A stretch of DNA of 64,000 bases from Myxococcota bacterium (lineage in GTDB: Bacteria > Myxococcota_A > SURF-8), in assembly GCA_963674735.2 (NCBI GenBank), contig CAXXQS010000002.1, forward strand, positions 2,048,001-2,112,000, written 5' to 3'. Position 1 is the stretch's first letter. Each line of letters starts with the position of its first letter. Position numbers and translations under genes: made by a program. Of the stretch, positions 44,356 to 53,149 are shown in pieces. The notes beneath the pieces were generated by a model. That model worked only from the letters and a program-made list of their open reading frames with translations, was not told where the DNA came from and did no database searches.

Positions 44356-47300
44356 CGACCCCGGCAAGCAGGCGCGTTCCGCCTCGGAGGCGGCAGACGG
44401 CCAACCGACGGCGGGTCCGCCGGTGGGCGCGGTGCTGGTGGTGGGGGGCGGCATCAGCGGCATGCAGAGTGCGCTCGATCTGGCCAACGGCGGCTTCAAG
44501 GTATATCTGGTCGAGGCCGCTCCGGCGGTGGGCGGACGTATGGCCCAGCTCGATAAAACCTTTCCCACCAACGATTGCGCCATGTGCATCGTATCGCCCA
44601 AACTGGTGGAACTGGGGCGTCACAAGAACATCGAGTTGCTCACCTATAGCGAGGTGGAAGCGCTCGAAGGCGAGATGGGGCATTTTACCGTAACGGTTCG
44701 ACAACGACCGCGTTTCGTCGATCCCGATGCCTGTACCGGTTGCGGCGCCTGCGAGCAGGCCTGCCCGGTTACGCAGCGTGCATATTTCCCCGAAGCGTCG
44801 TCCGACGGAAGCCCCGCCAAGCCCAAACGCGGCGGTGAAAAGCGCGTCTTGCCGTTCCGATCCGAGGCGCGTCCGCAGTTGAACGACGCCCCCGCCTGGG
44901 GCTTTTCGGTGGACGAAGACGCCTGCAAGAAATGCGGAATGTGCGCGCGCGCCTGTCCGGTGGCCGCGATTGACTGGGAGAAAAAGCAGGTAGCCCATAT
45001 CGATCCCGATGCCTGCATCGGCTGCGGCAGCTGTTATGTGGTGTGCCCGCCCAAGGCCGACGCCATCCGTATCGCGAACGCCGCCGAATGGCAACGCGGG
45101 GTGGGCGCGGCGCTTCTGGCGCGGTCGGCGGCCTTGAAGAAGGCGGCCACGGCGCAGGATGAATCCGATTGCCTGCGCTGCGGACTGTGCCAGGTGATGT
45201 GCGACAAGGTGATGGGTGTCAGCGCTCTGCGCCTTACGAAAGACGGCATCGAGACGGCCCGGGACGTGTGTCAGACCTGCGGGGCCTGCGTGTCGGTGTG
45301 CCCGGTGGGCTTTTTGTCGATCGACAAGATGAGCGTCCACACGCCGCGTCCGCTTTTGAGCGACTTCAACGAACGGCTCGCACCGCGCAAGCCGGTGTAC
45401 ATCCTCTATCCGCAGGCCGTGCCGCGCGTGCCGGTGATCGATACGGAGGCCTGCGTGCGCCTCAACAGCGGCCATTGCGGCACCTGCGCCACCCTGTGCG
45501 ACGCCGGAGCGATTCGCTACGACGACGCCGAGAAGCTGCGCCGCTTCGAGGTCGGCTCGGTGATTTTGTCGCCGGGTTACGAGGTCTTCGATGCGGCCCG
45601 GCGCGGCGAATTCGGCTACGGCGTGTATCCCAATGTCATGACCAGCCTCGAATTCGAGCGTCTGCTCTCCGCCTCGGGGCCTACCAGCGGCGAGATCCGC
45701 CGCCCGTCCGACGACACTCACCCCAAGCGCATCGCCTGGATTCAGTGCGTGGGATCGCGGGACGTCACCTGCCAGCGCGATGCCTGCTCGTCGATCTGCT
45801 GCATGTACGCCACCAAGGAAGCCGTCATCGCCCGCGAGCACGACAAGCGTATCGAGGCGACGGTGTTCTATATCGACATGCGCAGCTTCGGCAAAAACTT
45901 CGACAGCTACGTCGAACGCGCCCGCTCGCATTACGGCGTGCGCTACCTGCGCGCCATGGTCAGCCGCATCTACGATGATCCGGTCACTCACGATATGGAA
46001 CTGCGCTATGTGGATGAGGCCGGGGAGCAAAAACGGGAAATTTTCGATCTGGTGGTGTTGAGTGTGGGGGTACAGACGGGCTCGACGGCGCGCAAGCTGG
46101 CCGAGCGGCTGGGAGTCGAGCTCGATTCCCTGGGCTTCGCCGCCCATTCCGCACTCAGACCGTTGGCCACCAACCGGCCCGGCATCTTCGTATCCGGCGT
46201 GTTCAGCGCCCCGAAAGACATTCCCGAGACGGTCAGCGAAGCCAGCGGCGCGGCGGGCGCGGCGGCGGCCGAGCTGCAACTTGCGCGTCATACGCTCACC
46301 GCGCAAAGCGACTTTCCCCCGGAAAAAGCCGTCAACGGACACGATCCGCGCATCGGCGTGCTCGTGTGCCATTGCGGCATCAACATCGCCTCGGTGGTGG
46401 ACGTGCCGGATGTGGTCGAATACGCCCTGAGCCTGCCGCATGTGGTCTACGCCGAGCATCCGCTCTACACCTGCTCGCAGGATACCCAGGAACGCTTGCG
46501 CGACCTGATCGGCGAACACGACCTCACCCATTTGGTGGTGGCGGCCTGCTCGCCGCGCACCCACGAACCGGTGTTCCAGGAAACCATGCGCCAGACGGGC
46601 CTGAATCCCTACCTGTTCGACATGGCCAACATTCGCGATCAATGCAGTTGGGTGCATCCTTCCGAACCCGAGCGTGCGACCGCCAAGGCTAAACGGCTGG
46701 TGTCGATGGCCGTGGCCAACGTGGCGCAGGCCGAAGCCCTGCACGACCACGAGTTCCCGGTCGACTCGCGCCTGCTGGTGATCGGCGGCGGGGTGGCGGG
46801 CATGTCGGCGGCGCTGTTGGCGGCGCGTCAGGGTTTCGGCGTGTATCTGGTCGAGAAGGAAGCGGAACTGGGCGGCCTGCTCAATCGCCTGCGCCGAACG
46901 GTCGAGGGCGAGAATGTGTTGGCCTATATGCATTCGCTGATTCAGGCCTTGAAAGACGAGCCGAAGGTGCAGGTCTTTCCCGGATCGGAAGTGGTGGCGC
47001 ATAGCGGTTTTGTGGGCAGTTTCGAAACGGAGATCATGACGCCCACCGGCGCGAGCCGCGTGGTCAAGCACGGGGCGACGATCGTCGCCACCGGCGGGGG
47101 CGAGGCGCGTCCCGATCTGTATTGCCTGGGCAGCCACGAGCGCGTCGTCACCCAGCTCGATCTGGAAGGCATGCTGGAAACGGAAGATGGCTTGGACCAG
47201 GCCGCGCCGCAGGTGGCGATGATTCTCTGCGCCGGGTCGCGCGACGACGCCTTTTTGCCCTACTGCTCGCGCGTGTGCTGCAACCAGTCGATCAAAAATG

Positions 47301-48052
47301 CGCGGGCGCTGATGGCCCGTTATCCCGAAGCCCGCGTGGATGTGCTGTACCGCGATATCCGTAGCTATGGATTGGGCGAACAGGCCTACCGCGAAGCGCG
47401 CCGCGCCGGAGTCAACTTCATTCGCTACGATCCCGACACCAACCCGATTCAGGTCGAACCCAAGGGCGTGGGTTTCGAGCTGCGCGTGGTGGATCCGTCC
47501 ATCGCCCGCACGGTGGTTTTGGAGCCCTCTTTATTGGTATTGGCTACCGGGATCGAGTCGGCCGAGGCCGACGAACTGGCCACCATGCTGCGGGTGCCGC
47601 GCAATCCGAACGGCTTTTTCTTCGAGGCCCATGCCAAGCTGCGCCCGGTGGATTTTGCCAGCGAGGGACTCTTTCTGGCCGGATTGGCCCATGGACCGAA
47701 GTCCATAACGGAAACCCTGTCGCAGGCCTCGGCGGCCGTGGCGCGCGCCGCCGTGATTCTATCGAAAGACAGCTTGCGGCTTTCGGGCGTGGTGTCGCGT
47801 GTCGATGCGGAGCGCTGCGCCGTATGCCTGACCTGCGTGCGCGCCTGCCCTTACGGGGTGCCGGTGATCAACGAGGAGCACACCGCCGAAATCAATCCGG
47901 CCTTGTGTCAGGGTTGCGGAATTTGTGCGGCGGAATGTCCGGCCAAAGCCATCACGCTTGGCCGTTATCGTGACGAAAACGTGTTTGCGAAACTGGAAGC
48001 CTATGCGGTGGCCGTTGCGCCGCCGGTTTCCCCGGGAGGTCCGGATGTCTGA
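44345..48052 (+). CDS. hdrA: Large two-FAD heterodisulfide reductase subunit A with polyferredoxin insert
   Basis: GGGISG, LDKTFPTNDC, CVGSR, CSSICC, CHCG.NI, ACSPRTHE, NIRDQCSWVH, second GGGVAG/CSRVCC. Confidence 0.95.
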   Translation: MKPDDPGKQARSASEAADGQPTAGPPVGAVLVVGGGISGMQSALDLANGGFKVYLVEAAPAVGGRMAQLDKTFPTNDCAMCIVSPKLVELGRHKNIELLTYSEVEALEGEMGHFTVTVRQRPRFVDPDACTGCGACEQACPVTQRAYFPEASSDGSPAKPKRGGEKRVLPFRSEARPQLNDAPAWGFSVDEDACKKCGMCARACPVAAIDWEKKQVAHIDPDACIGCGSCYVVCPPKADAIRIANAAEWQRGVGAALLARSAALKKAATAQDESDCLRCGLCQVMCDKVMGVSALRLTKDGIETARDVCQTCGACVSVCPVGFLSIDKMSVHTPRPLLSDFNERLAPRKPVYILYPQAVPRVPVIDTEACVRLNSGHCGTCATLCDAGAIRYDDAEKLRRFEVGSVILSPGYEVFDAARRGEFGYGVYPNVMTSLEFERLLSASGPTSGEIRRPSDDTHPKRIAWIQCVGSRDVTCQRDACSSICCMYATKEAVIAREHDKRIEATVFYIDMRSFGKNFDSYVERARSHYGVRYLRAMVSRIYDDPVTHDMELRYVDEAGEQKREIFDLVVLSVGVQTGSTARKLAERLGVELDSLGFAAHSALRPLATNRPGIFVSGVFSAPKDIPETVSEASGAAGAAAAELQLARHTLTAQSDFPPEKAVNGHDPRIGVLVCHCGINIASVVDVPDVVEYALSLPHVVYAEHPLYTCSQDTQERLRDLIGEHDLTHLVVAACSPRTHEPVFQETMRQTGLNPYLFDMANIRDQCSWVHPSEPERATAKAKRLVSMAVANVAQAEALHDHEFPVDSRLLVIGGGVAGMSAALLAARQGFGVYLVEKEAELGGLLNRLRRTVEGENVLAYMHSLIQALKDEPKVQVFPGSEVVAHSGFVGSFETEIMTPTGASRVVKHGATIVATGGGEARPDLYCLGSHERVVTQLDLEGMLETEDGLDQAAPQVAMILCAGSRDDAFLPYCSRVCCNQSIKNARALMARYPEARVDVLYRDIRSYGLGEQAYREARRAGVNFIRYDPDTNPIQVEPKGVGFELRVVDPSIARTVVLEPSLLVLATGIESAEADELATMLRVPRNPNGFFFEAHAKLRPVDFASEGLFLAGLAHGPKSITETLSQASAAVARAAVILSKDSLRLSGVVSRVDAERCAVCLTCVRACPYGVPVINEEHTAEINPALCQGCGICAAECPAKAITLGRYRDENVFAKLEAYAVAVAPPVSPGGPDV

Positions 48053-48509
48053 TTTCGATCCCAATGTGGTGGTTTTCGCCTGCCGTCATTGAGCGTACAC
48101 CGCGGCGGACCTGGCAGGTTCGGAACGGCGTGCGTACCCGGATTCCTTGTCCGTGGTGATGGTCCCCTGCACCGGGCGGGTGGATGAAGGAATGTTGCTC
48201 AAAAGCTTCGAAAAGGGAGCCGACGGCGTGATGGTGGTGGGGTGCCTGGAGGGCGACTGCCATTTCGAGCGCGGCAACTTGCGCGCCAAGGCGCGTGTGG
48301 GTCGCAGCGCCGCCATTCTCGACGCCGCCGGGGTGGGCGGGGCACGCGTACGGATGTTCAATCTGAGCGCGGGCGAGGGAAACAAGTTCGCCGCCTACGC
48401 CAACGAATTCGTCGAACAGATTCGCGACTTGGGGCCGAGCCCGATCAACCGGATTCGACGCGGTTTGCCCGTGTCGCCATCGGCGGCCGAACAGGAGGAA
48501 ACGCCATGA
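48045..48509 (+). CDS. mvhD: MvhD [2Fe-2S] subunit, predicted selenoprotein (TGA 48090-48092)
   Basis: GGAGG RBS; MSDFDPNVVVFACRH-TGA-AYTAADLAG..PCTGRV..GADGV..GC..GDCH; frame continues into track ORF 48147..48509. Confidence 0.92.
48093..48135 (+). promoter_or_regulatory. Candidate bacterial SECIS hairpin
   Basis: GCGTAC/GTGCGT and CCG/CGG lower stem; CGGACCT-GGC-AGGTTCG apical stem directly after the TGA. Confidence 0.7.
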
Positions 48510-49174
48510 TCATGGGAAGCGCCAAACCCCTGGATGAAATTCTGGCCATGATCGAACCCTACGACCGCATCATCCTGGCGGGTTGCAACGGCTGCGTCAC
48601 CGTCTGCCGCGCAGGCGGGGAAAAAGAAGTCGGGATCATGGCCTCGGCGCTCAGGCTGGCACGCGAAACCGCCGGGCGGCCGCTTGAGATCCGCGAAATC
48701 ACGCTGGAACGCCAATGCGATCCCGAATATCTGGAGGGCGTGCGCCCGTTCATCAGCGACTATCAGGCGCTGTTGTCTATCGCCTGCGGCGCGGGCGTGC
48801 AGTTTATGGCCGAGAAATACCCACGCACCCCGCTTTTACCCGGCATCAACACGGCCTTTATCGGCGTCACCGAACGTCAGGGCGAATGGGCCGAGCGCTG
48901 CCAGGCCTGCGGCGACTGCGTGCTGCACCTCACCGGCGGCATCTGCCCGGTCACCCGCTGCTCCAAGAGTATTTTCCACGGACCCTGCGGTGGGTCCAGC
49001 GACGGGCGCTGCGAGGTGGACAAGAACATCCTGTGCGGTTGGCAACTCATCATCGACCGCCTCAAATCCCTGAACCAGATGGACAATTACCTGAAGCTGC
49101 ACGACATGAAACGCTGGCGCGCCAGCCGGGACGGCGGGCCGCGAAGCATCGTGCGGGAGGACTTGCAGGAATGA
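48506..49174 (+). CDS. metV: MetV, small Zn/Fe-S subunit of methylene-THF reductase
   Basis: GCNGCVTVC, RQCD.E, ACGAGVQ, CQACGDC, CP..RC.K...GPCGG, CEV...C.W. Confidence 0.92.
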   Translation: MIMGSAKPLDEILAMIEPYDRIILAGCNGCVTVCRAGGEKEVGIMASALRLARETAGRPLEIREITLERQCDPEYLEGVRPFISDYQALLSIACGAGVQFMAEKYPRTPLLPGINTAFIGVTERQGEWAERCQACGDCVLHLTGGICPVTRCSKSIFHGPCGGSSDGRCEVDKNILCGWQLIIDRLKSLNQMDNYLKLHDMKRWRASRDGGPRSIVREDLQE

Positions 49175-50097
49175 AAAGCGGAAGCCAACTCGAACGGATG
49201 TTTGCGGCGGGGCATTTCGTGTTGACCGGCGAATGCGGACCGCCGCGCGGGGCGCGGGCGGAGACGGTACACGAGAAGGCGAAACTCCTCAAGGGCTGCG
49301 TGGACGCCTGCAACGTGACCGACAACCAGACCTCGGTGGTGCGCATGAGTTCCATGGCGGGCTGTTTGCTGCTTCAGCAAAACGGCATCGAACCGACCCT
49401 GCAGATGGTGGTGCGCGACCGCAACCGCATCGCGCTACAGTCGGATATTTTGGGGGCGGCGGCGATGGGCATCGGCAACATGCTGTGTCTGTCGGGCGAC
49501 CACCAGATCTTCGGCGACGATCCGCAGGCAAAAAACGTCTTCGACATCGATTCCATCCAGCTGATCGGGCTGGTTAAAATGATGCGCGACGAAGGCGTGT
49601 TTCCCTCGGGCAAGGAAATCCAGGGTCCGCCCAAGATGTTCATCGGCGCGGCGGTCAATCCCTTCGCCGATCCCTACGAAATCCGCGTACCGCGCCTGGA
49701 GCTGAAAGTGAAAGCGGGGGTCGATTTCGTCCAGACCCAATGCATCTACAACCTGGAGAAATTCGAGCGCTATATGGAAGACCTGCGCAAAAAAGGTCTG
49801 CACGAAAAGGTGTACATCATGGCCGGGGTGACGCCGCTCAAAAGCGCGGGCATGGCCAAATTCATGAAGCGCATGGTGGCGGGCATGGACATCCCCGACG
49901 ACGTGATTGCGCGTGTGGCCGCCGAGCCCAAGGAAAAACAGGCGGATAAAGGCATCGAAATCGCCATCGAGACCATTCAGAGAGTGCGCGAAATCGAAGG
50001 GGTGGCCGGGGTGCACCTCATGGCCATCGAATGGGAAGAGAAAGTCGCCGAAATTACCGAGCGGGCGGGGCTTTTGCCGCGTCCGATTTTGGATTGA
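49171..50097 (+). CDS. metF: Methylenetetrahydrofolate reductase
   Basis: ECGPP, VTDN, RDRNR, LSGDH, KVKAG.DF.QTQ, GVHLM; ATGA overlap. Confidence 0.95.
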   Translation: MKSGSQLERMFAAGHFVLTGECGPPRGARAETVHEKAKLLKGCVDACNVTDNQTSVVRMSSMAGCLLLQQNGIEPTLQMVVRDRNRIALQSDILGAAAMGIGNMLCLSGDHQIFGDDPQAKNVFDIDSIQLIGLVKMMRDEGVFPSGKEIQGPPKMFIGAAVNPFADPYEIRVPRLELKVKAGVDFVQTQCIYNLEKFERYMEDLRKKGLHEKVYIMAGVTPLKSAGMAKFMKRMVAGMDIPDDVIARVAAEPKEKQADKGIEIAIETIQRVREIEGVAGVHLMAIEWEEKVAEITERAGLLPRPILD

Positions 50098-50137
50098 ATC
50101 GAGAGACAAGCACGGCAACCCGATAGGAGGAACAAAG

Positions 50138-50521
50138 ATGGAAGCAAGCAAGAAAGTCCTGCTGGTGGATGACGATCCGGATTTCGTGGAAGCGGTCAAA
50201 GTGTTGGTGGTCAAAGCGGGTTACGATGTGGACGTGGCTTACGACGGCAAGGAAGGTCTGGAAAAGATGGACGAGTTCCACCCCGATCTGGTGGTGCTGG
50301 ACGTGATGATGCCGGTGATGGACGGCCATGGGATGTGCGAGGCGCTAAAAAAGAACCCCGCTACGGCCAAAATTCCGGTGATTCTGCTCACGGCCGTGGC
50401 CGATCACGTGACGTCGAGCACCTACACGCATCGGGACATGCTGGAAAGCGACGCGGAAGATTACATTCCCAAGCCGGTCGAGCCGCAGGAGCTGCTGCAG
50501 CGCATTCAACACTGGCTATAG
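50138..50521 (+). CDS. Single-domain response regulator
   Basis: VDDD, LDVMMP, LTA, KP; AGGAGG RBS. Confidence 0.93.
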   Translation: MEASKKVLLVDDDPDFVEAVKVLVVKAGYDVDVAYDGKEGLEKMDEFHPDLVVLDVMMPVMDGHGMCEALKKNPATAKIPVILLTAVADHVTSSTYTHRDMLESDAEDYIPKPVEPQELLQRIQHWL

Positions 50522-50581
50522 GCAACAATGGGCAAGGGCGTCCGCCTCCGGCGGGCGTCGCGCCCGATGAGGAGCGCCACC

Positions 50582-52090
50582 ATGGGGGCCACAGCAGAGG
50601 TGTTGATCATCGATGACGAACAGGTCATCCGCGACGGCTGTGAACGCGCGCTGTCGTCGGAGGGCTACGCCGTCACCCAGGCCGACGGGGGAAAGCCGGG
50701 GATTCGCTTGCTGGGCGAGCGCGATTTCGATGTGGTATTGCTCGATCTCATGATGCCGGGTATCGACGGCTTCGAGGTGCTGGGGTGGATTCAGAAAAAC
50801 CGTCCGCAGCTTCCGGTGGTGGTCATTACCGGTTTCGCCACGGTGGCGAAGGCCGTCAGCGCCATGAAACAGGGCGCCTTCGACTTCGTCGGCAAGCCGT
50901 TCACCCCCGATTACATCCGCATCGTCGTCCGGCGCGCCATCGAAAAACAGCGTCTGGCGGCGGAAGCCGAGGCCTTGAAAAAGGCTCGCGCGCGTGATCT
51001 GCTGGCTATCGCCGAGGAACAAAGCCGCCTGAAAACGGTTTTCCAGTGCATGATGGAAAGCGTGCTGATCACCAACCGCGACGGCGTGGTGGTGCACCAC
51101 AACCCGGCCGCCGTGAACGTTTTGCAATTGCAGAGCGATCCGGTGATCGGCAAACCGTTGTCGGCTTCGGTGGACGATCCGAAACTGCTGAACATGGTGC
51201 GCGAAGCGGTGGACGAGGCCAAAGGCGTGACGCGGGAATTCGCCCCCGGATCCATTTCGCGCTTGTGGTTGCAGGCGCACTGCTCGCCGATTCTGGACGC
51301 CGATGGCGAGCCCTTGGGATCGGTGACCGTCTTCGAAGACATCACCACCCGGAAACAGATCGACCAGCAGAAGTCGGAATTCGTCGCGATGGTGGTGCAT
51401 GAACTGCGTGCGCCGCTGGCGTCGGTGGAGCAGATGATCTACGCCATGGGCGCCAGCTGCGATCGCATCGTCGGCTCGCCCTGCGAAAACCTGCACGAAC
51501 GCATGACCGCCCGTACGCGCGAGCTTCTGCAACTCATCGCCAACCTGCTCAATTTGTCGCGGCTGGAGTCGGAATCGCTGGTCGTTGCACGCGAGCCGAT
51601 GTGTGGCGACGAGATCTTAAAAAACGTGGTGGAGGTGCTCAAGCCGCAGGCGGAAAAAAAGAACATCGAGTTGGCTTTCGAGAGCGCGCCTTCAGCCTGG
51701 TGGTTCAACGGCGATTACGCCTACATCCGCAGCGCGTTTATGAATGTCGTGGGCAATGCCGTCAAGTACACCCCGGAAAACGGGCAGGTGGAAGTCCGGT
51801 CGCAGATGGCGGGCGGACTGGTGAACGTGTGCATCTCCGACAGCGGCATCGGGATTGGGGCGGATGATCTGGCGCATATCTTCGACCGCTTCTACCGGGT
51901 CTCCACGGCGGCCACGCGCCGCATCACCGGGTCGGGATTGGGGTTGTCGGTGGTGAAAAAAGTCGTCGAGGCGCATAACGGTTTCATCGACGTCCGGTCG
52001 GAACCGGGGCTGGGAACGACGTTCACCCTGAGTTTTCCCATGGTCGATCCCCCTCAAAACGGGAACACTCCGACAGCCGCAGGCGCGTAA
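50582..52090 (+). CDS. REC-PAS-histidine kinase
   Basis: IDDE/DLMMP/KP; HELRAPL; NAVKYT; GSGLGL. Confidence 0.93.
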   Translation: MGATAEVLIIDDEQVIRDGCERALSSEGYAVTQADGGKPGIRLLGERDFDVVLLDLMMPGIDGFEVLGWIQKNRPQLPVVVITGFATVAKAVSAMKQGAFDFVGKPFTPDYIRIVVRRAIEKQRLAAEAEALKKARARDLLAIAEEQSRLKTVFQCMMESVLITNRDGVVVHHNPAAVNVLQLQSDPVIGKPLSASVDDPKLLNMVREAVDEAKGVTREFAPGSISRLWLQAHCSPILDADGEPLGSVTVFEDITTRKQIDQQKSEFVAMVVHELRAPLASVEQMIYAMGASCDRIVGSPCENLHERMTARTRELLQLIANLLNLSRLESESLVVAREPMCGDEILKNVVEVLKPQAEKKNIELAFESAPSAWWFNGDYAYIRSAFMNVVGNAVKYTPENGQVEVRSQMAGGLVNVCISDSGIGIGADDLAHIFDRFYRVSTAATRRITGSGLGLSVVKKVVEAHNGFIDVRSEPGLGTTFTLSFPMVDPPQNGNTPTAAGA

Positions 52091-52099
52091 GCCCGCCGG

Positions 52100-53149
52100 T
52101 CAGATCCAGCGTTCGAGGCAGGCGCGATAAGCGGTGGTCACCACCGGCAGTCCGGCACGGCTCGCCACGGCCGTGCGTCGCCGTTCCATTTCCTCCGCCG
52201 AATCGGTGGGATCGTCGATCACGTTTTCCACGCGTTCCATCAGGCGTTGCAGGGATTTCTCGATGTTGAGGTGGGGCTTGCTTCGTTGCAGGCCCGGCAG
52301 GTCGTCTTCGGCCAAGGCACCGTCGATGTCGAATGCGACGACGAAGGCCCCGGCGGCGAGGGCTTCCCAAACCAGCGGACCGAGAATCCCGCGTCGTTGG
52401 GCGAGCAGGACGCAACGCGTCTCACCGAACAGCGCCGCGCGGGCGGCGGGGCCGGGGTCGGGAAGTCGAGCGGTTGTCCCCAGTTGCTTGTCGGGCAGGC
52501 GTTCCTGAGGACCGAACAGGGTCAGCGGCAGATCGGGCCAGCGTTTGGCGCAGACATCCAGCAGCAAGCGTAGCAGGTTGATATCGGTTTGATCCCAACC
52601 GCCGAGAACCAGACCGCGCCGTTGCCCGATCGGTTTTCGCGGTTTGAAGACCTCCAGATTCACCGGCGCAGGCACAATCGCCAGACGCTCCGACGGCAGG
52701 TAATGTGCCAAAAAGTCATGTTGAGCGGGACTTGTGGCCACGGCTCCGCAAAGCTCGCTCAAAAAGCGGCGGAACGGCCAGGCCGATTCCAGCACTTCGG
52801 GTGAATGCTGAAAGGTCGCCAGCCAGCGGCGCCCGTTGAACGAAGAGCCGGAAAAGGCATCGCCGTAAAGACACCACCACAGGGTGTTCGTCGGCGTGAG
52901 CGGGTCGAGCCGGGCCAGCCATTCCTGCCGGAAAAGCGCTCCCTGACAGAAACGATTGCCGGAACGATCCGCCAGATTGTCGAAACCGTTCATGGACAAG
53001 CGTCCGGCGCTGCGCCGCCAGAGAGGAGCGTTGCAGGCCTGGTTCGCCAGGGCGAAGGCTTCCAGATCGGCCATATGTCCGCCATAAGGATGTTCGGCCG
53101 GTGGCGCAAAACAACGGGTGGGCGGGCCGCTTGGTAAGGACAGGATCAT
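52100..53149 (-). CDS. GT4-like (GT-B) glycosyltransferase, degenerate
   Basis: VPAPVNLEVF; GPLVWEALAAG..VVAFD..G. Confidence 0.6.
   Translation of the reverse strand: MILSLPSGPPTRCFAPPAEHPYGGHMADLEAFALANQACNAPLWRRSAGRLSMNGFDNLADRSGNRFCQGALFRQEWLARLDPLTPTNTLWWCLYGDAFSGSSFNGRRWLATFQHSPEVLESAWPFRRFLSELCGAVATSPAQHDFLAHYLPSERLAIVPAPVNLEVFKPRKPIGQRRGLVLGGWDQTDINLLRLLLDVCAKRWPDLPLTLFGPQERLPDKQLGTTARLPDPGPAARAALFGETRCVLLAQRRGILGPLVWEALAAGAFVVAFDIDGALAEDDLPGLQRSKPHLNIEKSLQRLMERVENVIDDPTDSAEEMERRRTAVASRAGLPVVTTAYRACLERWI

Noticed and set aside
44560-44600. Selenocysteine in HdrA
   Set aside because: The site reads NDCAMC with TGC codons
44312-47137. 941-aa minus-strand ORF
   Set aside because: Antisense shadow of hdrA with no motifs
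48147-48509. Truncated mvhD or pseudogene as given by the ORF track
   Set aside because: The upstream frame is conserved, the TGA aligns with a Cys ligand and a SECIS-like hairpin follows
48242-49170. Upstream extensions of metV (48242) and metF (48715)
   Set aside because: They overlap real genes in other frames; true starts are at ATGA overlaps 48506 and 49171
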